This document shows, in pieces, positions 48,790 to 57,162 of a stretch of DNA of 64,000 nucleotides. The position numbers and the translations under genes are program-made. How positions within the stretch are numbered: the stretch's first letter is position 1; every line of letters begins with the position of its first letter. The stretch is from Minisyncoccota bacterium (GTDB lineage: Bacteria; Patescibacteriota; Minisyncoccia; Phycocordibacterales; Phycocordibacteraceae): positions 46,784-110,783 of the forward strand of contig JAQVIY010000001.1 of assembly GCA_028695415.1 (NCBI GenBank), given 5' to 3'. A model generated the notes under the pieces. It ran no database searches, was not told the origin of the DNA, and saw nothing but the letters and a program-made list of their open reading frames with translations.

Positions 48790-50046
48790 CGGAGCGAACT
48801 AGCTAATTTCAGTCTACCGGACACGCCGGGGGTGTACCTCTTCAAGCAGGGCAGAAAAGTTTTGTACGTAGGGAAGGCGACGTCGCTCCGCGACCGAGTA
48901 AGGAGCTACTTCGACGACGACCTGATTGCGACGCGCGGGCCGCGCATCGTGGATATGGTGACCAAGGCCGATAGAGTCGTGTACGAGCCGACGCCGACGG
49001 TGCTCGAGGCACTCGTGCGTGAAGCGGCGCTCATCAAGAAGTATCAGCCCAAGGCGAATGTGGAAGGGAAGGATGACAAGACATTTTTGTACGCAGTTAT
49101 CACCGATGAGGAGATCCCGCGCGTGCTTGCAGTACGTGGTAAGGATATTGATTTCAAGACGAAACACACGAACGATGGGCAAGTGCTGAAGGTGTTCTAT
49201 GGCCCGTTTCCTTCGGGCACGCAATTGCGCGAAGCGCTTCGGATTATTCGCCGCATCTTTCCGTTTTTCGATACACCAAAGCCTGTTGAGGTGAAGAATA
49301 AAAGCCAGTCGGCGAAGATAGAATTCAATCGGCAGATAGGGCAATATCCTCGTTCATTCGAGCTGAAAGAATATCGCCGCACAATACGAAACGTTGCACT
49401 TCTCCTCTCTGGACGCGGTAAAGAATTGCGCCGCACCCTCGAGCGCGACATGAAGCGCGCAGCGAAGGAAGAGCGCTTCGAAGACGCGGCCTCCGCGCGT
49501 CGTGCGCTCTTCGCGCTTGACCACTTGCAGGACGTCTCGCTCATCAAGGACGATGCTCGATATTCGAATCTCAAGACGGTCGGCAAAGATTCGAATATGC
49601 GAATCGAGGGATATGACACGGCGCATTTATCGGGGACCAGCGCGATAGGAGTGATGACAGTCGTCGAAGACGGCGCACTGGTAAAGAAAGAGTATCGGAC
49701 ATTCAGGATTCGCGGCGTACAAAAGAACGACGACATCGCGTCACTCAAAGAAATCCTTTCGCGTCGCCTTAATCACCCAGAATGGCCGTTGCCGGATGTT
49801 GTTGTGGTAGACGGCGGCAGGGTGCAGAAAAAAGCGGCAGAAAGCGTACTCGCCGAAGCCGGAGTGAAGATACCTGTTGTGGCGGTCGTAAAAGACGAGC
49901 GGCATCGCCCGCGCGAAGTTATTGGCGCTCGCGCGGCAGGTGTCGCCGAGGCGGACGCGGTGCTCGCAAATGCCGAAGCGCACCGCTTCTCGCTCGCTCG
50001 TCATCGCGCGGCTCGTTCGACCGCGCTTCGCGGTAGCCTGAAATAA
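48784..50046 (+). CDS. uvrC: Excinuclease ABC subunit C, short form (GIY-YIG, UvrB-binding region, RNaseH-like endonuclease domain; no C-terminal HhH)
   Basis: PGVYLFKQGRKVLYVGKATSLRDRVRSYF; EGYDTAHLSGTSAIGVMTVV. Confidence 0.8.
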   Translation: MQRSELANFSLPDTPGVYLFKQGRKVLYVGKATSLRDRVRSYFDDDLIATRGPRIVDMVTKADRVVYEPTPTVLEALVREAALIKKYQPKANVEGKDDKTFLYAVITDEEIPRVLAVRGKDIDFKTKHTNDGQVLKVFYGPFPSGTQLREALRIIRRIFPFFDTPKPVEVKNKSQSAKIEFNRQIGQYPRSFELKEYRRTIRNVALLLSGRGKELRRTLERDMKRAAKEERFEDAASARRALFALDHLQDVSLIKDDARYSNLKTVGKDSNMRIEGYDTAHLSGTSAIGVMTVVEDGALVKKEYRTFRIRGVQKNDDIASLKEILSRRLNHPEWPLPDVVVVDGGRVQKKAAESVLAEAGVKIPVVAVVKDERHRPREVIGARAAGVAEADAVLANAEAHRFSLARHRAARSTALRGSLK

Positions 50047-50098
50047 GCCAATTCAACTCCGTTTTCAATCTGCCGCTTCAGCGCGGTATACTATTTGC

Positions 50099-51061
50099 AT
50101 GCAAACCATCGTCGGAGTGTTGCGGGGCGGGCCGTCGCGTGAGCACGAGGTCTCGCTCAAGACCGGTGCCGCTATCCTCGCGAATCTCCCCGAAGAACAG
50201 TTCGGTACGCGCGATATTTACATAGATCGACAGGGAATCTGGCATGATCGCGGCCGCCCGACTTCTCCTGAACGCATCTTGCGTCAAGTGGATGTCGTCT
50301 TGAACGGTCTTCACGGCGAATATGGCGAAGATGGGGAAGTGCAGAAGCTTCTTGAGCGATTCGGCGTCCCCTATACTGGCGCGGATTCGTTTGGCTCGTA
50401 TCTCGCGATGCATAAGGCAATGGCAAAAGTTCATGCACAAAAAGAGGGACTTCTCACGCCGGAATCCTGCTACATTGAGCGGGCTGAAGATGTCGTTGAA
50501 GCGGCACGGGATATCATCCGCTCGTTCCATCAACCGGTAGTGGTGAAGCCTGTGGGGTGGGGTTCCTCGGTTGGGGTATCGATCGTCGGCGGACACGCAC
50601 CAGTGCTCGCCGCTATCGAAAAGCTTTTTGCCGATGGGGCAGCAGGCGTGCTCGTCGAAGAGTACATCCGCGGCAAGGAAGCGACTGTCGGTGTCGTAGA
50701 GGGGCTGCGCGGTGAGGAGCTGTATGTGCTCCCGATTATTGAAATAGTCCCACCCGCAGACAGTTTCTTTTCATACGATGCAAAATATTCCGGCGAGACG
50801 CGTGAGATTTGCCCGGGTAATTTTTCACGCGTTGCTACTGAAGATTTACAACGAGCCGCAAAGATGATGCACCGTGCTTTAGGACTCCGCCATTATTCAC
50901 GAAGCGATTTCATCGTCACCCCAAGAGGGATCTATTACCTCGAAACGAATACGCTCCCGGGGCTTACGAAAGAATCGCTCTTGCCGAAGTCGCTTGCGGC
51001 GGTCGGAGTCTCCTTCCGCGATTTCCTCACCCATCTGGTCAATCTCGCTCTCAAGCGGTAA
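50099..51061 (+). CDS. ddl: D-alanine--D-alanine ligase
   Basis: ATP-grasp; GxHGxxGEDG motif LHGEYGEDGEVQ. Confidence 0.85.
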   Translation: MQTIVGVLRGGPSREHEVSLKTGAAILANLPEEQFGTRDIYIDRQGIWHDRGRPTSPERILRQVDVVLNGLHGEYGEDGEVQKLLERFGVPYTGADSFGSYLAMHKAMAKVHAQKEGLLTPESCYIERAEDVVEAARDIIRSFHQPVVVKPVGWGSSVGVSIVGGHAPVLAAIEKLFADGAAGVLVEEYIRGKEATVGVVEGLRGEELYVLPIIEIVPPADSFFSYDAKYSGETREICPGNFSRVATEDLQRAAKMMHRALGLRHYSRSDFIVTPRGIYYLETNTLPGLTKESLLPKSLAAVGVSFRDFLTHLVNLALKR

Positions 51062-51283
51062 GATAACCTCGCTGTAGTGGCGGGAAAGTACGCGCGGTGT
51101 GAAGCCGGCCTGATCAGCTGGTGCGCCCTCAGTGACTAACGGATAGGGAAGGGAAGTTTCTCTATCAACATTCTGTCCCGCAGATAATGCATGCGTATCA
51201 CACGAGACAGAGTGGATCCGAGTTTGCAAGGCCTGGCGAAGGCGAAAAGCTACGACATAGGGTCAGCTACAGCAAAAGAAGTG

Positions 51284-51321
51284 CCGCAGTGGAGACGCCC
51301 CTCCCTGCGGTTTTATTTTTT
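51284..51321 (+). terminator. Rho-independent terminator after ddl
   Basis: ccgcag..ctgcgg stem plus ttttatttttt. Confidence 0.55.
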
Positions 51322-51347
51322 GAAAGAGGTGATAGAATGAGACATAT

Positions 51348-51420
51348 GGGCCGTTAGCTCAGTTGGTAGAGCACCTCATTTGCAATGAGGGGGTCGCAGG
51401 TTCGAATCCTGTACGGTCCA
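51348..51420 (+). tRNA. tRNA-Ala (anticodon UGC), G3:U70
   Basis: GGGCCGT TA GCTC AGTTGGTA GAGC A CCTCA TTTGCAA TGAGG GGGTC GCAGG TTCGAAT CCTGT ACGGTCC A. Confidence 0.85.
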
Positions 51421-51620
51421 CAAAACAAAGGAGCCGGATGCGGAAGCATTCGGCGACTATTGTTTTGTAGGGCCGTACAGGATTCGAAGAGACGGAGCGG
51501 GCACCTGTCCAGCAGGACAGGTCGCGAGTCGCGGACACGACCAAAGTCGAGCGACGGCGAGATTTTGAGTCGCGGAAGAAAAGCGTAATCGCGGTCCTGT
51601 ACGGTCCACAAAAACAAGAA
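51421..51620 (+). repeat. tRNA-Ala trailer insert (174 nt) ending in a direct repeat of the tRNA 3' end (tcctgtacggtccacaaaa at 51595..51613), plus an internal inverted copy at 51463..51492
   Basis: Direct 19-nt repeat of 51405..51423; inverted near-copy ttgttttgtagggccgtacaggattcgaag. Confidence 0.7.
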
Positions 51621-51705
51621 GCGGAGCGCCTATGTTTTTGTAGGATGCCGAAGTGCAAGTAACTTTGGCGCCACAAAATCCGGACAACTATGGCATACTG
51701 CATAT

Positions 51706-52182
51706 ATGCCGCAGAAGAAAACCCTTATCGAGAAAATGACGACGGGAGTGGGGTCGGTGCCTTCGCTTGTCGTGCACACCCTGGTATTTATAGGGTTCTT
51801 TGTCGCCGCGTGGTCGGGAACTATCGGCTGGGACACGATGCTGCTCGCGCTCACGACTATCGTCTCGCTTGAGGCGATTTATCTCGCAATATTCATCCAG
51901 ATGTCGGTAAACAGGCACGCTGCAGAGCTTGCCGAGGTGAGTGAGGACGTCGAGGATATTCAGGAAGATGTTGACGAGATCCAAAAGGATGTCGATGAGA
52001 TTCAGAAAGACGTCGATGAGATTCAGGAAGATGTGGAAGATATCCAAGAGGATGTCGAGGAGATTAGCGATGAGGACGAGACCGATGATGAGCACGATAA
52101 AAAACAGACCGCTGCGCTTGAACAGCTCACGCAGGATATCCATCGCGTGCTCGCCGATCTTGAGCAGTTGAAGAGAAAGTAA
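51706..52182 (+). CDS. DUF1003 family membrane protein with acidic C-terminal heptad repeats
   Basis: WDTMLLALTTIVSLEAIYLAIFIQMSVNRHAA resembles the DUF1003 core; six 21-bp tandem repeats at 51943..52066. Confidence 0.6.
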   Translation: MPQKKTLIEKMTTGVGSVPSLVVHTLVFIGFFVAAWSGTIGWDTMLLALTTIVSLEAIYLAIFIQMSVNRHAAELAEVSEDVEDIQEDVDEIQKDVDEIQKDVDEIQEDVEDIQEDVEEISDEDETDDEHDKKQTAALEQLTQDIHRVLADLEQLKRK

Positions 52183-52224
52183 ATCTGGGAATCCAAGAGG
52201 ATATCTGGTATGGTTAGGTGTATC

Positions 52225-52298
52225 GCGCTCCTAGCTCAGCTGGTTAGAGCGTTCGCCTCACACGCGAAAGGTCAGGGGTTCGAGTCCCTTGGAGCGCA
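52225..52298 (+). tRNA. tRNA-Val (anticodon CAC)
   Basis: GCGCTCC TA GCTC AGCTGGTTA GAGC G TTCGC CTCACAC GCGAA AGGTC AGGGG TTCGAGT CCCTT GGAGCGC A. Confidence 0.85.
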
Positions 52299-52426
52299 CA
52301 AGAAGACTGGGAAACCGGGCTTCTTGATGCACTAGGGGACTCGAAGGCCGGAGGCTAACGAGCCGAGGCGGGGTCGCGCAGATTTCCAGCAGGAAATCAT
52401 GTGTGACCGAGTCCCTTGGAGCGCAC
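52299..52426 (+). repeat. tRNA-Val trailer insert (108 nt) ending in a perfect 19-nt direct repeat of the tRNA 3' end (cgagtcccttggagcgcac at 52408..52426 = 52281..52299)
   Basis: Contains conserved motif cgaaggccggaggctaacgagccgaggcggggtcgcgcag. Confidence 0.75.
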
Positions 52427-52443
52427 TGGGAGGTGTTCTGTGT

Positions 52444-52514
52444 CGGGCCGGAGTATGCCGGTAGTACGCACGCTTCGGGTGCGTGTAGACCGGGTTCAAT
52501 TCCCGGCGGCCCGA
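52444..52514 (+). tRNA. tRNA-Pro (anticodon CGG), C1:G72
   Basis: CGGGCCG GA GTAT GCCGGTA GTAC G CACGC TTCGGGT GCGTG TAGA CCGGG TTCAATT CCCGG CGGCCCG A. Confidence 0.75.
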
Positions 52515-53257
52515 CAAAGAACATCTCCGAATAATACAGAGAGTTTGTTTTCTGGATAAATATCGTTTGGATAAATCTCAACGAGTCTATAACCAAGCTT
52601 TTTGGCAAGCGAACGCTTTCTTTTGATATTCTTGTCGTAAACTTCTTGTACTCCAGCGAGTCCGAAAAACTCGACTAGGATATCGAAATGTATCTTGAAA
52701 TCAGCCGTCAGTCTCGTATCCCCATATGGATAATTTCGTTCGTGTAGAATACAGTTGCTCGTAAACCAATCGTCGATAATCTTTTCGGTGAACGAATCGC
52801 AATCATGTCCGTCTGTGGCTGTGAATTTTTTCGCAAACAGAACAGGATTCGTCTCAAAGCCCGCTTGTTTGATGGCGTTATTCCAGCTTCCGAAGTTTGC
52901 AGCAAAAGCATCCCACTGATTGAACTCACGCTTGAGTGGAATGCGTCCGTTTAGTACATAAAAATCTCGGATCTTCTTGAGAAGGTCTTCACTCGAGTAC
53001 TTCTTTCGATAGGGTGCAAGACGTTCTCCGACAATCTTTTTTTCTGTTGCGCTCATCCGATGGTAATTCCTTCGATTCTCAATCGCCTGTTTTTGCAGAA
53101 GAGAAATCTGAACATCTTTGGTCCACTGATGTGCGATGCTTATGCTTACGCTTAGTTGCTTTGCTATTTCGCGATGCGTCAATCCTTCAGAACGGAGGAA
53201 GCGCGCGTTCTCTTTAGTCGAGGCAGAATGGCGGACTCCGTTTCTTGCTTTCAGCAT
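52496..53257 (-). CDS. HTH-domain protein with C-terminal Vsr/DUF559-like PD-(D/E)xK endonuclease domain; homing-endonuclease-like selfish gene in an AT-rich insert between tRNA genes
   Basis: N-terminal LTHREIAKQLSVSISIAHQW (HTH). C-terminal TADFKIHFDILVEFFGLAGVQEVYDKNIKRKRSLAKKLGYRLVEI matches the DUF559 pattern D..h.IE.DG...H....D..R...L...G..V.R. Low GC. 3' end overlaps tRNA-Pro. Confidence 0.55.
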   Translation of the reverse strand: MLKARNGVRHSASTKENARFLRSEGLTHREIAKQLSVSISIAHQWTKDVQISLLQKQAIENRRNYHRMSATEKKIVGERLAPYRKKYSSEDLLKKIRDFYVLNGRIPLKREFNQWDAFAANFGSWNNAIKQAGFETNPVLFAKKFTATDGHDCDSFTEKIIDDWFTSNCILHERNYPYGDTRLTADFKIHFDILVEFFGLAGVQEVYDKNIKRKRSLAKKLGYRLVEIYPNDIYPENKLSVLFGDVLCRAAGN

Positions 53258-53283
53258 ACTTAAATTATAACGTGGTATCCTGC

Positions 53284-53357
53284 GTCATATAATCGGGCTA
53301 TCGTATAATGGTAGTACGCATGGCTGGGGGTCATGCAGCCTGGGTTCGATTCCCAGT
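53284..53357 (+). tRNA. tRNA-Pro (anticodon GGG), CCA encoded
   Basis: CGGGCTA TC GTAT AATGGTA GTAC G CATGG CTGGGGG TCATG CAGC CTGGG TTCGATT CCCAG TAGCCCG A CCA. Confidence 0.85.
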
Positions 53358-53542
53358 AGCCCGACCAAAAACGTTCGACGTTTTTTCGGGCTACAGCAAG
53401 CGTAGCTTGCGACGGGAATCGAAAGCCGGAGCGATGTTCGGCTAGCAAGCCGAACCGCGAGGCGGGGCCGAGAAAATCCGTGAGTGACGACGAACGGATT
53501 ATTCGTGGCCGAAACCGTATTCGGGGTTCCCAGTAGCCCGAC
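53358..53542 (+). repeat. tRNA-Pro trailer insert (169 nt) ending in a 16-nt direct repeat of the tRNA 3' end (ttcccagtagcccgac at 53527..53542 = 53340..53355)
   Basis: Contains conserved motif cgaaagccggagcgat...cgcgaggcggggccg. Confidence 0.75.
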
Positions 53543-53660
53543 AAATAAGCTTCGTGTTAGAATCGTCCATGCAGTAATTTGTATCGGGCCTGTACGACAG
53601 CGTACATACCCTTCGTTCGGAGCAAGAGAATATGCAGACACATTCTCTTGTCCTCACTTC

Positions 53661-53733
53661 GGGCCTGTAGCTCACTTGGTAGAGCGCGTCATTCGCATTG
53701 ACGAGGTAGGGGGTTCGATTCCCCCCAGGTCCA
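53661..53733 (+). tRNA. tRNA-Ala (anticodon CGC), G3:U70
   Basis: GGGCCTG TA GCTC ACTTGGTA GAGC G CGTCA TTCGCAT TGACG AGGTA GGGGG TTCGATT CCCCC CAGGTCC A. Confidence 0.85.
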
Positions 53734-53805
53734 CAAAATAACTAGAGTACTCACGACTATATTTTGTGAGAGTCCTGAAGGTATTCCTGAAGGGGTCCAT
53801 AAAAA

Positions 53806-53838
53806 CAGCACCCGCCGGAAGGCGGGTGCTGTTTTTTG
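53806..53838 (+). terminator. Rho-independent terminator closing the tRNA cluster
   Basis: cagcacccgcc ggaa ggcgggtgctg followed by tttttt. Confidence 0.65.
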
Positions 53839-53847
53839 CACGATTAG

Positions 53848-54096
53848 TTAGGAGACGTGCGGGCCGATGAGCTTTGCCATCTCGAACATCGTCACTTCGC
53901 CTTTGCCGAAGATAGCCTTCAGCTTGTCATCTGCGAGGATGTTGCGCTTGTTCGCCGGGTTTTGAAGATCGTGCTTCTTGATATAGACCCAGAGCTGCTT
54001 CACCACTTCGGTGCGAGGCATAGGGCCCTTGCCCACGACCGCTTCAAGGTCTGCGGAGAGGGTAAGAGGTTTCGATAATGCTGCATTTATTGCCAT
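53848..54096 (-). CDS. SWIB/MDM2 domain protein
   Basis: 82 aa; motif VVKQLWVYIKKHDLQNPANKRNILADDKLKAIFG typical of bacterial SWIB. Confidence 0.7.
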   Translation of the reverse strand: MAINAALSKPLTLSADLEAVVGKGPMPRTEVVKQLWVYIKKHDLQNPANKRNILADDKLKAIFGKGEVTMFEMAKLIGPHVS

Positions 54097-54125
54097 AGTG
54101 AATATGATTGTATTAATACTGTCTC

Positions 54126-54596
54126 TTGACCCCCAAAGTATACCACAGGTGGTATACTGGCGGTATGATCTACGAAGACAGCGGGGATATAGAGACAGGA
54201 ATGAATGTACCGCGACACCGCGAGATTCCTCATTATCATGGCGATGCGGTACGGGTACTCTTCGTCGCGAGCGCGGTTTTGCTTATCGTCGCAAAGTCGG
54301 TCGGTGCCGAGTTGCCGCTCTCGACCTTCGGCACCGTTACTGCCGCAGTGATACTGGTAGTCGCGGCAGGTATAACGAATCCGCTCCAATTCTGGATACA
54401 TTGGGCGAACGCGTTATTCGCTATCTACGGTACGGTGCTCTTTGGTACGACCGCTGTTGAGCACTATCGCTCGGGGACGAACGCCTTCGACACCTCGTTC
54501 CTGTTTATTGAGGCGCTCGCGCTTCTTGCACTCCTCGCGCTCTACTTCACCACCCGCACTATTCGCGGGGTGCATCAACGCCCGAGCTATTCTTAA
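54126..54596 (+). CDS. Hypothetical membrane protein
   Basis: 4 TM; true start may be an internal ATG. Confidence 0.4.
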   Translation: MTPKVYHRWYTGGMIYEDSGDIETGMNVPRHREIPHYHGDAVRVLFVASAVLLIVAKSVGAELPLSTFGTVTAAVILVVAAGITNPLQFWIHWANALFAIYGTVLFGTTAVEHYRSGTNAFDTSFLFIEALALLALLALYFTTRTIRGVHQRPSYS

Positions 54597-54602
54597 ATAA
54601 AT

Positions 54603-54836
54603 ATGTCGGTACAAAGCTTTCTACTCAACCAATATGCTAAGTGGAAGTTGAAAGACGTCCCCGAGGCGCAGCGTGAACAGATGATGGCGCTCGTTACTAA
54701 GAACCCGGAGCTCTTCAAGAAAATAGGTGAGGAGATAGAACGCCGCAAGAAAGGAGGCGAGAGCGAGATGAAGGCGGCGATGGAGGTGATGAAAAAATAT
54801 CGCGTCGAGCTCGCGGCGCTGATGCAACAGAAATAA
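54603..54836 (+). CDS. Small hypothetical protein (helical, Lys/Glu-rich)
   Basis: 77-aa ORF tightly packed between neighbours. Confidence 0.35.
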   Translation: MSVQSFLLNQYAKWKLKDVPEAQREQMMALVTKNPELFKKIGEEIERRKKGGESEMKAAMEVMKKYRVELAALMQQK

Positions 54837-54837
54837 C

Positions 54838-55338
54838 ATGCCGGTACTCGTCCCTTTCCTCTTCTTTTGTCAGGCGCTCGGCGCTTCTGTCGGTGTGCTT
54901 ACCGCAGTTTGGAGTGAGGTCGCGTATGTCCGCGCTATGCGCGATGGCAAGGTAGATCACGCTGAGCGTATTCACCTGAACGCGCTCGCGAAAGGGCTCC
55001 GCTTCGGTATGACGCTTGTCCTGCTTGCTTCGCTTGGGCTTGTGGTCACCGCATATCTGCTCGGGGGAGCGGCACAGCCGGCATTTTCTGCGAGCTATTG
55101 GATCACCATCGCGCTCTCGCTCCTCATTATCGGTACTACCTGGGCACTCTCGCGCGGGCGCATCACTTTCGCGCTCGGATCAGCTACCGTCTTCACCGCA
55201 TGGTGGTTCCTCGCATACCTCACCATTGGTTGGCTTCCATCCCTCTCATTCGGTTCTGCGGTCGCGCTTCTCGTGTTCGCGACCGCCACCTTCTACGCAT
55301 TCCTTCAGTACGGCCGATTCATCGTCTTGCGTAAGTAG
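54838..55338 (+). CDS. Hypothetical membrane protein (5 TM)
   Basis: 166-aa hydrophobic ORF. Confidence 0.45.
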   Translation: MPVLVPFLFFCQALGASVGVLTAVWSEVAYVRAMRDGKVDHAERIHLNALAKGLRFGMTLVLLASLGLVVTAYLLGGAAQPAFSASYWITIALSLLIIGTTWALSRGRITFALGSATVFTAWWFLAYLTIGWLPSLSFGSAVALLVFATATFYAFLQYGRFIVLRK

Positions 55339-55361
55339 CTTTTTCGTTTTAGAATGTTTTT

Positions 55362-56459
55362 ATGCTGAAAATCGGTATTGTCGGTTTGCCGAACGTGGGG
55401 AAGTCCACGCTTTTTAATGCACTCACGAAAGCGAGCGTTCCGGCGGAGAATTATCCGTTTTGCACCATCGACCCGTCGGTCGGGGTGGTCGGCGTGCCCG
55501 ATATGCGTCTCGACAAGCTCGCCGACTTCTCAAAGAGCGAGAAGGTGGTCCCGGCGGCGATAGAGTTCGTTGATATTGCGGGACTCGTGAAGGGCGCGGC
55601 CGAGGGCGAAGGACTCGGGAACCAGTTCCTCGCGAATATCCGCGAGACTGACGCGATACTTGAGCTGGTGCGTTTTTTCGACGACCCGAACATTACCCAT
55701 GTCTCCGAAGAGGTGGAGCCGTACAAGGACATCGAGATTATCAATCTCGAACTCGCTCTCGCCGACGCCGAGCAGGTCAGGAAGCGCCGCGATAAGCTCG
55801 TGCGCGATATCAAAACGGGCAACAAAGATGCGGCCGCCGAGGACGCTGCGCTCGAGAAACTCTCTAAAGGCTTCTCGGAAGGTAAGCTCGCGATAAACGC
55901 CGGGCTCACTGACGACGAAAAGAAGCTCGTCTCGACGCTGAATCTCCTCACGATGAAGCCCATCCTCTATGCGTTCAACAAGAAGAGCGGCGGGCGTAAT
56001 TTGGACGAGCTCGCTGACGGTCGTGCAGATCGCGCGTATGAGCTCATTAGGATGCTCGGCGGACGGCACATCTTCCTTGATGCCGTGACGGAGCGCGAGC
56101 TCAATGACGTTGTCGACGCCGATCGCGACGGATTCCGCCAAGAGCTCGGCGTTTCTGAAGACGGTCTGGCCGAGCTTATCCGCGGCGCGTATGAGACGCT
56201 CGGGCTCATCTCTTTCTTCACCACCGGCACCGATGAGACGCGCGCGTGGACGGTCTCCTCAGGGAGTACCGCGCCGATAGCGGGTGCCGCTATTCATAAT
56301 GATTTCTTGAATAAGTTTATCCGCGCCGAGGTGATTGATTGGCAGAAGCTCCTTGAACTCGGCTCCTACGCCGCCGCCCGCGAGAAGGGCATGGTGCGCG
56401 TCGAAGGCAAGGAATATGTCGTCTCTGACGGCGACGTGATGGTCTTCCTCCACGGGTGA
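55362..56459 (+). CDS. ychF: Ribosome-binding ATPase YchF (Obg-family GTPase)
   Basis: G1 GLPNVGKST; TGS-like C-terminus ...DGDVMVFLHG. Confidence 0.9.
   Translation: MLKIGIVGLPNVGKSTLFNALTKASVPAENYPFCTIDPSVGVVGVPDMRLDKLADFSKSEKVVPAAIEFVDIAGLVKGAAEGEGLGNQFLANIRETDAILELVRFFDDPNITHVSEEVEPYKDIEIINLELALADAEQVRKRRDKLVRDIKTGNKDAAAEDAALEKLSKGFSEGKLAINAGLTDDEKKLVSTLNLLTMKPILYAFNKKSGGRNLDELADGRADRAYELIRMLGGRHIFLDAVTERELNDVVDADRDGFRQELGVSEDGLAELIRGAYETLGLISFFTTGTDETRAWTVSSGSTAPIAGAAIHNDFLNKFIRAEVIDWQKLLELGSYAAAREKGMVRVEGKEYVVSDGDVMVFLHG
56427..56459 (+). repeat. Direct repeat copy 1 (ychF 3' end, 33 bp); matches 57163..57195 at 27/33
   Basis: gacggcgacgtgatggtcttcctccacgggtga vs gccggcgatgtgatgatcttcctccacggctag. 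Both copies end in a stop codon. Confidence 0.7.
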
Positions 56460-56491
56460 TACAAATCGCGGCGTAGCGTATACTGGAGGTA

Positions 56492-56839
56492 ATGGAAACG
56501 AAAATCGTCACCGACAGCATCACCCGCGACGAGCTGCGTACGCTCGCGCATGAGCAATATGGAGACATCATCAAAGCCGTTGTCGATACAGCGCAAGGCG
56601 TCATGGGCATCGGCGGTGAGCTGCACGTCGATATCCAGTCGCTACTCATTGAGAAAGCCGGGTCGCAGGGCGACACGACGTGGGGCATCAACCTCTATCT
56701 CGATCAGACGGGAGATGATTTCATCGAATTCGATTCGATGGTGAACCTGAAGCCCTTGATTGGGAATCGGACGCGTAATGTCGAAAGTGAGGAGGCGCGT
56801 GCCAAGATACGCGAGATCGTCGCGCGACTCGTCCGCTAA
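56492..56839 (+). CDS. Hypothetical protein (cargo 1 of the ychF 3'-end insertion)
   Basis: 115-aa ORF with RBS ggaggtaatggaaacg. Confidence 0.45.
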   Translation: METKIVTDSITRDELRTLAHEQYGDIIKAVVDTAQGVMGIGGELHVDIQSLLIEKAGSQGDTTWGINLYLDQTGDDFIEFDSMVNLKPLIGNRTRNVESEEARAKIREIVARLVR

Positions 56840-56844
56840 TAATT

Positions 56845-57159
56845 ATGGCCGTCTCTCGTGAGCGATGGTTCACCCTCTCACTCGCCGATCAGCTCGGCAA
56901 TGTGGGGAGCGAGGTTGGCCGCGCGCTCGCGTGGCAGGGGAAGAACACAGATCGTTTTTGGGGAGCGGCCGGACGGGCGCTTGAGCTTCTCGATCTCACA
57001 CGCGAGGATGCGCGATGGCGGAGTCGGCGTGCCGAGCTCGACCGCGCGCGCGAGTCAGTCGCCGATGCAATCCTCGGCGGAAGCGAATATGGAAGTCAGC
57101 TCGCCGACCTGGAGCGGTATTTCATACAGTTCGCTCTCTACTCCCGCCGGACCAACTAG
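56845..57159 (+). CDS. Hypothetical protein (cargo 2 of the ychF 3'-end insertion)
   Basis: 104-aa ORF; Arg-rich, no His. Confidence 0.4.
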   Translation: MAVSRERWFTLSLADQLGNVGSEVGRALAWQGKNTDRFWGAAGRALELLDLTREDARWRSRRAELDRARESVADAILGGSEYGSQLADLERYFIQFALYSRRTN

Positions 57160-57162
57160 GCT

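Noticed and set aside
51062-51283. Possible small ncRNA (SRP/6S-like) in the 220-nt gap between ddl and tRNA-Ala
   Set aside because: No recognisable conserved motif, such as the SRP domain IV GGAA tetraloop context, could be matched by eye. Left unannotated.
51354-51703. Small minus-strand ORFs (51354..51617, 51359..51703, 51457..51687)
   Set aside because: They lie on top of tRNA-Ala(UGC) and its trailer insert.
52258-52608. Small minus-strand ORFs (52258..52608, 52332..52517)
   Set aside because: They overlap tRNA-Val and tRNA-Pro and the repeat inserts.
51421-53542. tRNA trailer inserts as tRNA introns or split tRNAs
   Set aside because: Each upstream tRNA is already complete and folds canonically. 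The downstream copy comprises only the last 14-19 nt, so it cannot complete a second tRNA.
53260-53641. Small minus-strand ORFs (53260..53544, 53285..53641)
   Set aside because: They overlap tRNA-Pro(GGG) and its repeat insert.
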